Shown here: positions 18,205 through 26,459 of the stretch, piece after piece
Numbering within the stretch: position 1 is the first letter of the stretch
Layout of the letters: every line of letters begins with the position of its first letter
The notes under the pieces: generated by a model
What the model saw: the letters and a program-made list of their open reading frames with translations, nothing else
Databases searched by the model: none
What the model was told of the DNA's origin: nothing
Source of the DNA: an uncultured Clostridium sp.
GTDB taxonomy: Bacteria; Bacillota; Clostridia; TANB77; CAG-508
Assembly (NCBI GenBank): GCA_902491155.1
Contig: CABUGH010000006.1
Coordinates: 2,805-66,804, forward strand
DNA length: 64,000 bases
Direction of reading: 5' to 3'
Made by a program: the position numbers and the translations under genes

Positions 18205-18371
18205 ATAAACACCACCTCCAATCTCTCAACTATTGTTGAGGAATTAAAGGTAACACCCACATCTGCTTTTATCTCACTTCCTCTGATAATATATTACAAT
18301 ATTTTTTTTGAAAGTAATAGCACATAGTAAAATTTTATAAATAATTATTTTTATATTTTTTAGTACCAAAA

Positions 18372-18415
18372 TATAAAAAAACGATAAAATGCTGAGATAC
18401 CAACGTTTTATCGTT
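18372..18415 (-). terminator. Terminator of the tRNA-Gly/tRNA-Cys transcript (bidirectional hairpin)
   Basis: 10-bp stem AACGATAAAA / TTTTATCGTT with T-runs on both sides. Confidence 0.65.
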
Positions 18416-18421
18416 TTTTAT

Positions 18422-18495
18422 TGGAGGCGACACCCGGAATCGAACCGGGGATCAGAGTTTTGCAGACTCGTGCCTTACCGCTTGGCTATATCGCC
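18422..18495 (-). tRNA. tRNA-Cys (GCA)
   Basis: The reverse complement GGCGATATAGCCAAGCGGTAAGGCACGAGTCTGCAAAACTCTGATCCCCGGTTCGATTCCGGGTGTCGCCTCCA folds as a cloverleaf. The anticodon loop is CTGCAAA. Confidence 0.9.
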
Positions 18496-18516
18496 ATATA
18501 TTATATTTATATAAAG

Positions 18517-18592
18517 TGGAGCGGGAAACGGGGCTCAAACCCGCGACCTCTGCCTTGGCAAGGCAGCGCTCTATCAACTGAGCTATTCCCGC
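18517..18592 (-). tRNA. tRNA-Gly (GCC)
   Basis: Reverse complement GCGGGAATAGCTCAGTTGATAGAGCGCTGCCTTGCCAAGGCAGAGGTCGCGGGTTTGAGCCCCGTTTCCCGCTCCA. The anticodon loop is TTGCCAA. Confidence 0.9.
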
Positions 18593-18620
18593 ATATATAC
18601 CTTTTCTTGGTACGTTTATT

Positions 18621-18649
18621 ATGATACCAAATTTTTTCTTTGTTGTCAA
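18621..18649 (-). promoter_or_regulatory. Sigma-A promoter for the tRNA-Gly/Cys operon
   Basis: Minus strand reads TTGACA (18649-18644), 17-nt spacer, TGgTATCAT (extended -10; hexamer at 18626-18621). Confidence 0.7.
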
Positions 18650-18669
18650 GGTATATATAAATGTTTTTT

Positions 18670-20157
18670 CTAATTTCCGATTGGTGTAAAATCATCAGTT
18701 GCAATTTTTACATTAGTATTAAAATCTAATACTTCTGTATCTAGCAAGTCTTTGTATTCCGAATATTTATTTTCATTGACTTCTGGATTTCCTTTTATTC
18801 CAACTAATATTAAGTTTTGATATTGAGTTTTGTCATCTGTTTTTACTGTATATATTTTTACATTATCAAATACTGCTTTATATGTTGCATATTCATATTT
18901 GGCAAACTTTGATTGTTCTCCTTCTAGTGATGATAATATATTTGTTATTACCATACCGTTTGAATTTAATCTTTCTTTAACTTTACACATTGCTTCATAT
19001 GTAGTTAATTCAAATGGTGCATTTAATCCTTTGAATGCATCTATTAAAATAGTATCATATTTTTCTTTACTATAATTTATGTAGCTTCTTCCATCTTGGT
19101 GATATATTTTCAAGTTTGTATTGTTTATATCTAAACCAAATTCTTGTGTTGCTAAATCTGTCATAGTATTATCTATTTCTACTACGTCTATTTGTTTTCC
19201 TACGTATTTTTCCAAATAATGCCTGGGATATGTGTATGCTGCTCCACCTATTATTAAAGTTTTGTTTGCATCTTTATTGTTATAGTCAAATAAATCATAG
19301 TATTTTAAGTATTGTGCACCCATCTCTCCCGTCTCTTGGTTTATGTATGATTCTAACCCTGTATCAACTTGTAGTGTTTTATATTCACCATTTTGGTTTT
19401 TTATATCTTTTACCCATATTCTACTATATTCCGAGTCGACATCTTTTATGATTTCTTTATGTTCTTTTTTGAATAAATTTTTTCCAAATATATATGCAAA
19501 TATTATTAATACTAATATTCCAACTATTTTGATAAAATATTTTTTATTTTTATTAGGATATAGTATAATTGATAAGAAATATAGTATTATGCTGCTACCT
19601 AAAATTATGTTTCTTACCCCTATATTTGGTATTAATATAAAACCCGCTATAAAAGTGCCTATGATACTTCCTATTGTTGATAAAGATGATATTTTTCCTG
19701 ATACTTTTCCTACTTCTTTTTCCTCATCATTTTTTAATCTTACAGCTATTGGTGATGCCGTCGCTAACATAAAACTTGGTATTCCAAATAAAAACATTGC
19801 TGATATGATTGCTACAGTGATTAAACTTGGTATTGTCTCAGCTAATTGGTTTACTATTATTGTTTCGAATATTGATATAAAACTAGTACTTATAGCTGAA
19901 ATTAATATAAATTGTGATAAATCTTTTAGATCTTTATTTTTATCTGCTATTTTTCCTCCTACCCAATATCCTAAACTCATGCTTATAAGCATGATACCTA
20001 TTATTGTTGTCCAAATGAGATTAGAGCTTCCCACATATGGAGATAATACTCTTGCAGCTACTAGCTCTAATACCATTCCCATTGCACCACATATAAAGAC
20101 AGTTAATTCTAGTTTATAATTTTTTATTTTTTTTATTTTTTCCATTCTTACCGCCAT
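18670..20157 (-). CDS. Fused membrane (MFS-like) / spermidine synthase-like aminopropyltransferase
   Basis: About 220 aa of polytopic N-terminus, then a methyltransferase-fold domain (LIIGGAAYTYPRHY…VVEIDNTMTDLA…ILIDAF) typical of fused MFS/spermidine synthase proteins. Confidence 0.7.
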   Translation of the reverse strand: MAVRMEKIKKIKNYKLELTVFICGAMGMVLELVAARVLSPYVGSSNLIWTTIIGIMLISMSLGYWVGGKIADKNKDLKDLSQFILISAISTSFISIFETIIVNQLAETIPSLITVAIISAMFLFGIPSFMLATASPIAVRLKNDEEKEVGKVSGKISSLSTIGSIIGTFIAGFILIPNIGVRNIILGSSIILYFLSIILYPNKNKKYFIKIVGILVLIIFAYIFGKNLFKKEHKEIIKDVDSEYSRIWVKDIKNQNGEYKTLQVDTGLESYINQETGEMGAQYLKYYDLFDYNNKDANKTLIIGGAAYTYPRHYLEKYVGKQIDVVEIDNTMTDLATQEFGLDINNTNLKIYHQDGRSYINYSKEKYDTILIDAFKGLNAPFELTTYEAMCKVKERLNSNGMVITNILSSLEGEQSKFAKYEYATYKAVFDNVKIYTVKTDDKTQYQNLILVGIKGNPEVNENKYSEYKDLLDTEVLDFNTNVKIATDDFTPIGN

Positions 20158-20176
20158 TCTAGTTTATATTTTTTAT

Positions 20177-22261
20177 TTAACTTTCTTGCATTTTTTTCTT
20201 TTTTGTCTTAGTAGTTTTTCGTGTATTCTTTTTGGATTTTTGGGTTGTAGTTTTTACATCTGCTGCATCTTCTGGATTCCATTTTTCACCAACTTTTGGT
20301 TTATTCCATGAAATGTAATTACATGATTTTGGATTATTTTCACATATATAATAATTTTTTCTTCTTTTTGTTTTTCTTACTTGTACTTTTGCTCCACATT
20401 TTGGACAAGGTACATCAATAGTTTCTACTATTGGTTTTATATTTCTACATTCAGGAAATCCTGGACATGCTAAAAACTTTCCATATCTTCCATATTTATA
20501 TACCATCATTCTTCCACATTTTTCACACTGTACATCAGATACTTCATCTACTAATTTTACATGCTCTAATTCTTTTTCTACTTTTTCTACTTCTTGTTCA
20601 AATGGTCCATAAAATTCACGAATCATTCTTTTCCACTCTTCTTTTCCTTCTGCTATTTCATCAAATTCGTTTTCTATTTTAGCTGTGAATTCTACATTTA
20701 TAACATCTGAAAAGTTTTCAATTAATAATTTGTTTACTATTTTTCCTAATTCTGTTGGTTGTAATTGTTTTTGTATTTTTTCAATATATCTTCTTTCTAA
20801 TATTGTTGTAATTGTAGGAGAATAGGTACTAGGTCTTCCTATTCCTTTTTCTTCTAGCATTTTTACTAGACTTGCTTCTGTATATCTTGCTGGTGGCTCT
20901 GTAAAACTTTGTTTTGGATTTATTTTTTCAAGTTTTACTTCTTGATTTTCTACTAATTCTGGCAATAATCCTTCTTCTTGTTCTTCTTTCCCATCTGTTC
21001 CTTCTACATATAATGTCATGAACCCCTTAAATTTTAAATTCTGTCCATTTGCTTTAAAATCATATTCATTTGCTTTTATATTTACTGCCATTGTGTCATA
21101 AACTGCTGGCTTCATTTGACTTGCCATAAAACGATTATATATTAATTTATATAACTTGTATTGATCTAATGTTAATTCATCTTTTATGCTGTCCGGATCT
21201 ATATTTATATATGTTGGTCTTATACCTTCATGGGCATCTTGCGCGTCTTTTCCTGTTTTATAATAACGATTTTCATAATATTTTTCTCCGTATTTAGCTA
21301 TTATTTGCTCTTTTGCTGCTGCTCTGGCTTCTTCTGAAATTCTTGTAGAATCTGTTCTCATATATGTTATTAATCCTACTGTTCCTTTTTCGGAAATTTT
21401 TACTCCCTCATACAAACCTTGTGCTACAGACATTGTCTTCTTTAATGTAAATCCTAGTTTTCTTGATGCTTCTTGTTGCATCGTACTTGTAGTAAAAGGT
21501 GGTGCAGGTGTTCTTTTTCTTTCACCTTTTTTTACTTCTGTTACAGTGTATTTGGCATTTTTTATATTTTCTAAAATCTTATTGGTTTCTTCTTGTGAAT
21601 GGATTTCTTGCTTTTTCCCATTTTGACCAAAATATCTTGCTTGGAATATTTTTTTGCTTTTTTCTTCTTTTAAGTCTGCATATATATTCCAGTACTCTTC
21701 TGGTATAAACTTTTCTATTTCTTCTTCTCTATCAACTATTAATTTTACTGCCACTGATTGAACTCTACCTGCTGAAAGTCCTCTTTTTACCTTTTTCCAT
21801 AAAACTGGACTTATTTTGTATCCCACTATTCTATCTAATACTCTTCTTGCTTGCTGTGCGTCAACTAAATTTATGTCTATATTTCTTGGTTCTTTTATAG
21901 CTTTTTGTACTGCTGTTTTTGTTATTTCATTAAATGTTACTCTTGTTATTTTTTTTGATTCATCATTTAGTATTGTTGCTAAGTGCCAAGCTATTGCTTC
22001 TCCTTCACGATCAGGGTCAGTTGCTAAATATACAGTTTTTGCTTGCTTTGCATCTTTTTTTAATGATTTTATTAGATCCCCTTTTCCTCTTATATTTATA
22101 TATTGTGGTTCAAAATCATGCTCTATATCTATTCCCATTTTTGATTTTGGTAAATCTCTGATATGTCCCATTGATGCTACTACTTTAGTGCTTCCACCTA
22201 AGAACTTTTTTATTGTATTTGCTTTTGCTGGAGATTCAACTATTATTAATCTATCTGCCAT
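20177..22261 (-). CDS. topA: DNA topoisomerase I
   Basis: TOPRIM start (LIIVESPAKANTIKKFLG), the catalytic region GLITYMRTDS, and C-terminal zinc ribbons (CEKCGRMMV…CPGFPEC; CPKCGAKV). Confidence 0.95.
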   Translation of the reverse strand: MADRLIIVESPAKANTIKKFLGGSTKVVASMGHIRDLPKSKMGIDIEHDFEPQYINIRGKGDLIKSLKKDAKQAKTVYLATDPDREGEAIAWHLATILNDESKKITRVTFNEITKTAVQKAIKEPRNIDINLVDAQQARRVLDRIVGYKISPVLWKKVKRGLSAGRVQSVAVKLIVDREEEIEKFIPEEYWNIYADLKEEKSKKIFQARYFGQNGKKQEIHSQEETNKILENIKNAKYTVTEVKKGERKRTPAPPFTTSTMQQEASRKLGFTLKKTMSVAQGLYEGVKISEKGTVGLITYMRTDSTRISEEARAAAKEQIIAKYGEKYYENRYYKTGKDAQDAHEGIRPTYINIDPDSIKDELTLDQYKLYKLIYNRFMASQMKPAVYDTMAVNIKANEYDFKANGQNLKFKGFMTLYVEGTDGKEEQEEGLLPELVENQEVKLEKINPKQSFTEPPARYTEASLVKMLEEKGIGRPSTYSPTITTILERRYIEKIQKQLQPTELGKIVNKLLIENFSDVINVEFTAKIENEFDEIAEGKEEWKRMIREFYGPFEQEVEKVEKELEHVKLVDEVSDVQCEKCGRMMVYKYGRYGKFLACPGFPECRNIKPIVETIDVPCPKCGAKVQVRKTKRRKNYYICENNPKSCNYISWNKPKVGEKWNPEDAADVKTTTQKSKKNTRKTTKTKKKKMQES

Positions 22262-22415
22262 TTTATTTTCATTCCTTCCAAATGCGTATTTGCATCTTTT
22301 TTTAATCTTACACTATTTTAGACTATCTTGATGGATTTTGCAAGCATTTTTTTTAGTATTTTTGAGATAAAATTAGCTACAGTATTATTTTTACTGTAAC
22401 TAATTCTTTAAATAT

Positions 22416-22751
22416 TTACATAATTTTTTGATTAGAGCAATCTGGTACTAAATCTTTTATTATTTCTTCCACTGCCATTGGAGTTACTTCCATTTCTTTA
22501 AATATTGATAGTAAATTTTCTATTTTATTTTCGTCTTGACTTATGTTTCTAACTTCTCTTGATTCAATTTTTATATTATCTGGTATATATTCTGTTTTTA
22601 CTACACTTATTCCAAATTTTGCATAACAATTATTTTGTTTTGAATCTTGATTATCAATTCTTTTATAATATTCTAGTTTTATTGGGTAGTGTATTCCTTC
22701 TTTTTCTAATTTTGATTTTTCGATAAATTTGCCTCCAAAAAATGTTCTCAT
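22416..22751 (-). CDS. Hypothetical protein
   Basis: 111 aa with ordinary composition for this genome and no recognised motif. Confidence 0.4.
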   Translation of the reverse strand: MRTFFGGKFIEKSKLEKEGIHYPIKLEYYKRIDNQDSKQNNCYAKFGISVVKTEYIPDNIKIESREVRNISQDENKIENLLSIFKEMEVTPMAVEEIIKDLVPDCSNQKIM

Positions 22752-22888
22752 TACAAATCCCCCTTAACTTACAGTTTTCTCAATGTCTTTTCTATCATAA
22801 CTCCTATAATAAATTATTTCAAGTGTTTTTTGGAAATTTTTACCTTTTTTCATTGACATTGTTTGTGTATTTTCGACACATATAAAAT

Positions 22889-24112
22889 TTAGTTGTTTTT
22901 GTTGTTATTTTTTAATTCTTTTATTTCCATCCTTCCTGCTCTTGTTATAAAGTTGTATCCATACTTTTCTTTTAACTCATCTACTACTTTATCTAACTTT
23001 TCTTGCCTTTTATCATCTTTTGGTTCAAATAATGATGTTTGTTGCATATCATTTTCTTGTAAATTTTCTACTCTTATTCCTATTAGCCTAATTTGTGTAT
23101 ATGGTTTATACATTTTTTTTAATATGTTTTTAGCTTTTTGATAAATTTCTTTTGTACTTGCGGTTGGATATTGTAATTTTTCTTGATGACTTGTGTCTAT
23201 AAAATCATTGGTACGTAATTGAACATTTACTACTTTTGCTTTCATTTTATATTTTCGTAATCTATATGTTACTTGTTCTGTTAATGCTAGTAAAATTTCT
23301 TCTAATTTTTCTAATTCTGTTATATTTTGTGGTAGTGTTGTTGAATTTCCTATACCTTTTGGTTTTTCTGCTAAATATTTTACTTCACTATTATCTATTC
23401 CATTTGCATATTCCCACATTTGCAATCCATGTTTTCCAAATTTTTTTGTTAGTGTTGATTTGTTTGTTTTTGCTAAATCTCCTATTTTTCTTATTTGCAT
23501 GTTTTGCAATTTTGGAACGGTTCTTCTTCCTAACATAAATAATTCAGATATTGATAATGGCCACATTTTTGTTGGTATTTCTTTTTGATATAGTGTATGT
23601 ATCTTATCTGGTTTTGTAAAATCTGAAGCCATTTTGGCTAATAATTTATTGTTTGCTACTCCTATATTTACTGTAAATCCTAGTTCTTTTTTTACTCTTA
23701 AATGTATTTCTTGTGCTACTTCAATTAATGTTCTTTTCATTAAGTAATTTGTCATGTCTAAAAAGCATTCATCTATACTAAATCTTTCTATTTTATCTGT
23801 ATATTCTGATAGTAATTTAAATAATTGATCTGAATATTTTTTGTATACTTTATAATCTGATTTATATATTTTTATATTTGGACATTTAATTCTTGCTTGA
23901 TATATCGTTTCTGCTGTTTTTATTCCAAATTCTTTTGCTTTTGGACTTTTGGCTAGCACTATTCCTGAACGTTTACTTTCATCTCCCCCAATGATTGCTG
24001 GAATTTCTCTTATGTCTATTTTACTTCCATTTTTTATCATTTCTACAGCTGTCCAACTTAAGAATGCATTATTTACATCAACATGTAAAATTTGCCTTTC
24101 CATTAATATCAC
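22889..24112 (-). CDS. dinB: Y-family DNA polymerase (Pol IV-like)
   Basis: ILHVDVNNAFLSW…RFSIDECFLDMT…NKLLAKMASDF.KP are the ImpB/MucB/SamB family motifs. Confidence 0.85.
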   Translation of the reverse strand: MILMERQILHVDVNNAFLSWTAVEMIKNGSKIDIREIPAIIGGDESKRSGIVLAKSPKAKEFGIKTAETIYQARIKCPNIKIYKSDYKVYKKYSDQLFKLLSEYTDKIERFSIDECFLDMTNYLMKRTLIEVAQEIHLRVKKELGFTVNIGVANNKLLAKMASDFTKPDKIHTLYQKEIPTKMWPLSISELFMLGRRTVPKLQNMQIRKIGDLAKTNKSTLTKKFGKHGLQMWEYANGIDNSEVKYLAEKPKGIGNSTTLPQNITELEKLEEILLALTEQVTYRLRKYKMKAKVVNVQLRTNDFIDTSHQEKLQYPTASTKEIYQKAKNILKKMYKPYTQIRLIGIRVENLQENDMQQTSLFEPKDDKRQEKLDKVVDELKEKYGYNFITRAGRMEIKELKNNNKNN

Positions 24113-24206
24113 CTGTTGTAATTATAGAACTTTTGTTTGTATTTGTCAAGACTTTTTATAAAAATAATAAAGATATATTTTTTACATATATCTCTATCAA
24201 TATAAA

Positions 24207-24950
24207 CTATTGAATTTTTCTTTTTTGAATTCTGTACGTTATTTTAGAAATCAAATTATTTGGAGTTATTTTTGAAAAAAATCTAGCTAGTTTTATATCA
24301 GTTCCAGGTACAATATAGAATTTGTTTTTTTCTAATTTACTTATTGCATATTCTGCTATTTTCATGCTATTTGCTTCTCTTAGATGAAATTTTACATTTG
24401 CAACTTTATTAAAATTTGTATTTACTGGACCAGGGCAAAGTATTGAAATCTTTACATTTGATTTTTCTTGTTTTAATTCTTCTCTTATGCTTTCACTTAA
24501 TCTTACCACATATGATTTTGTTGCGTAATATGTGCTCATAAGTGGACCTGGCATAAAACCTGCAATAGATGAAACATTTAATATTTTACCGCTATTTTTG
24601 TTTTTAAAATTAATCAAATATAATTTTGTTAGAATATGATATGCAATCACATTTGTTTGTATCATTTTTATTTCTTTTTCTAAACTTGTTTTTGTAAAAT
24701 CTCCACAATCACCGAATCCTGCATTATTTACTAATAAATCTATATCTTGGACTTGTTCATATACTTTTTTGCAATTTTCTTCAATTGACAAATCTGTTAC
24801 TATGATTTCTGCTTTTTTTAGTTCTTTAGCTACTTTTTTTAACTTTTCTTCATTTCTTGCTACTAGAACTACTTCGTATCCTTTTTTATCTAAAACTTTA
24901 GCTATATCTCTTCCTATTCCTGAAGACGCCCCTGTTACAAGTGCTTTCAT
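24207..24950 (-). CDS. SDR-family short-chain dehydrogenase/reductase
   Basis: TGASSGIGR cofactor motif, NNAG, and the YxxxK catalytic motif (YYATKSYV). Confidence 0.85.
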   Translation of the reverse strand: MKALVTGASSGIGRDIAKVLDKKGYEVVLVARNEEKLKKVAKELKKAEIIVTDLSIEENCKKVYEQVQDIDLLVNNAGFGDCGDFTKTSLEKEIKMIQTNVIAYHILTKLYLINFKNKNSGKILNVSSIAGFMPGPLMSTYYATKSYVVRLSESIREELKQEKSNVKISILCPGPVNTNFNKVANVKFHLREANSMKIAEYAISKLEKNKFYIVPGTDIKLARFFSKITPNNLISKITYRIQKRKIQ

Positions 24951-24976
24951 ATTCGATTCCTCCTATTTATTTTCTT

Positions 24977-25042
24977 GGTGATTTGGGGACGGAGCAAAAA
25001 TCATTAAAGCTTTAATGATTTTTGCTCCGTCCCCAAATCACC
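24977..25042. repeat. 66-nt perfect palindrome (33-bp arms)
   Basis: GGTGATTTGGGGACGGAGCAAAAATCATTAAAG | CTTTAATGATTTTTGCTCCGTCCCCAAATCACC. Every position from 24977 to 25042 pairs about the 25009/25010 axis. No T-run follows on either strand. Confidence 0.9.
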
Positions 25043-25050
25043 CCAAACAT

Positions 25051-25587
25051 CTATTTTGACATTATTTTTCCTACTGCATGTACTATTTGGGTTGATTTTT
25101 TATTTGCTATTTCTTTACCTATTGCTTTTCCACCTACTGTTAGTGCTGATACCAATGCACTTAGCAAGAATTGCAAGTTAAAATTCAAGCTAAATTGATT
25201 TGTTATTTTGACTGCTATTAATGCACTTATTGCTCCGCTTAATACACCACAAATATCCCCAATAACATCTGCACATATGTTGGCCACCTTTGATGCATTT
25301 TTTATTAATTTTATTGAATTTTTTGATCCTTTGATTTTTTTGGTTGCTTTTGCGTGAAACTCTTCTTCGTTAGCTACAGTAACTGCTACACCAATTATAT
25401 CGAACAAAATACCTATTGCTATTACTAATATTAATATTAAGCATGCTGGTATTAAACTTAGATTTGATACTCCATTTGTTGATACATAAGAAAATATGAT
25501 TGACAATATAAATGTCATTGTAAATACTTGAATGAACCATTTTAATGTTGAGTTTTCCGAGTGTTCCTCTTTTTTATTTTTTTCCAT
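25051..25587 (-). CDS. Small 4-TM membrane protein, OapA-like (OLE-associated protein A candidate)
   Basis: 178 aa with four predicted TM segments and internally repeated motifs LFDIIGVAV and ADVIGDICGV (DxxxD). It lies directly downstream of, and co-oriented with, the large ORF-free structured region. The identification is from remembered OapA properties, not an alignment. Confidence 0.45.
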   Translation of the reverse strand: MEKNKKEEHSENSTLKWFIQVFTMTFILSIIFSYVSTNGVSNLSLIPACLILILVIAIGILFDIIGVAVTVANEEEFHAKATKKIKGSKNSIKLIKNASKVANICADVIGDICGVLSGAISALIAVKITNQFSLNFNLQFLLSALVSALTVGGKAIGKEIANKKSTQIVHAVGKIMSK

Positions 25588-25599
25588 TATTATTTTGCT

Positions 25600-26205
25600 C
25601 CTTTTAAATGTTTTTTATTTGCATTTGTTTTTGATAGTTTTTGATGGTAAAAGTCTAAGTAAATTTTACAGTTTAGGTCTGGTTGAATTTCTCTACCTCC
25701 CGCTTGACATTACTGTCTTAGCCGTTTCCGTTTAAGGGATGCATCTATTTTTACATAGACACCAGATCGCCACTTAAATCTGTACCTTAATCCCTAGACT
25801 TTCATGCTAGTGATAGCAAACATCCTAGAAGTTTTCCTTAACATACAAACCTGTTTTACTAGTCTTTTTTGCAAATATGGTTTCATAATATTGATTATTT
25901 ATGTTTGGCCAAAACGTAAATATCATTTAGAAAATTAATCCCCACACATTCACTCGAGACAGGCTACTCTATGTATTTTGTGTCTTGGCACTCACCATAG
26001 GTTATACTTAAATTCTTCTATTTAAGCCTCCGCGAAAATAGGGAGTCTTATGTATGCCGTTACATAATACCCTAGATTCTTTACTCCCTATACTCACACA
26101 AAACTGGCATTTCGCGCAAATACAAGAAACTTCAACGATGTGCCCTTTAGTGGATTTTTAGCCCCACCCTCGTAGAACATTGTATGACTAGAATAATGCA
26201 CCATC
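25600..26205 (-). ncRNA. Large structured noncoding RNA candidate (OLE-RNA-like by context)
   Basis: About 600 nt with no ORF of 60 aa or more across most of its length on either strand (one + ORF overlaps only the 25600-25735 edge). G+C is about 35-40% against about 25% in flanking DNA. The minus sense has about 2:1 G over C (counted on five 60-nt lines). Nested hairpins include TAGGGAGT/ACTCCCTA (26039-46 / 26083-90) enclosing TTATGTA/TACATAA, and CTTAAAT/ATTTAAG (26007-13 / 26020-26). It has its own promoter upstream. Confidence 0.45.
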
Positions 26206-26212
26206 GATTAAT

Positions 26213-26241
26213 AGTATAACATTTTTTCAAAATTATTCCAA
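26213..26241 (-). promoter_or_regulatory. Sigma-A promoter with extended -10
   Basis: Minus strand reads TTGGAA (26241-26236), 17-nt spacer, TGtTATACT (hexamer at 26218-26213). Confidence 0.6.
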
Positions 26242-26293
26242 ATTTTGTTTTTATTTATTTTTGTCTTTAATTTTTTAGTTTTGCTAATTTTTT

Positions 26294-26431
26294 CTAGTTT
26301 TCTTTGCTTTTCTCGTCTTTTTGGCTTTTTTCTTCATTTTTCTCAATTTTACCATTTTGTATCATTTTATTTATTGAGTCTAATATATCGTCTGAATTTT
26401 CATCAAAATCGTCTTTTACAAGATTAAACAT
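26294..26431 (-). CDS. Possible 45-aa acidic small protein
   Basis: MFNLVKDDFDENSDDILDSINKMIQNGKIEKNEEKSQKDEKSKEN* with AGGAAGTG about 10 nt upstream. It is below the ORF-track cutoff and could be spurious. Confidence 0.25.
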   Translation of the reverse strand: MFNLVKDDFDENSDDILDSINKMIQNGKIEKNEEKSQKDEKSKEN

Positions 26432-26459
26432 TTTTAGTTCACTTCCTTTTATGAGTTAT

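Noticed and set aside
18421-18704. Three 65-67-aa ORFs (18421-18624 +, 18452-18649 -, 18507-18704 -)
   Set aside because: They overlap the tRNA-Cys and tRNA-Gly genes and their promoter, so they are artefacts of GC-rich tRNA sequence.
19343-20119. Long antisense ORFs opposite real genes, for example 19343-20119 (258 aa), 51323-51931 (202 aa), 49711-50304 (197 aa), 21816-22331 (171 aa), 3715-4212 (165 aa), 60448-60891 (147 aa)
   Set aside because: These are shadow ORFs. They are Phe/Ile/Leu/Ser-rich low-complexity translations of the AT-rich antisense strand, with no RBS, and each is fully embedded in a well-supported gene on the other strand.
24977-25042. The perfect palindrome as an ordinary Rho-independent terminator
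   Set aside because: No U-tract follows the stem in either orientation, and 33-bp arms far exceed typical terminators. It is kept as an unexplained structure instead.
25600-26205. Could the large ORF-free region be RNase P RNA, tmRNA, SRP RNA or a group II intron?
   Set aside because: The universal RNase P block GAGGAAAGTCC is absent. The only similar string, CATGAAAGTCTAGGG, lies near the 3' end, which is the wrong order. There is no tRNA-like 3' end or tag ORF as in tmRNA. There is no GGAAGCAGCC-type SRP motif. There is no convincing GUGYG 5' end, domain V, or intron-encoded ORF.
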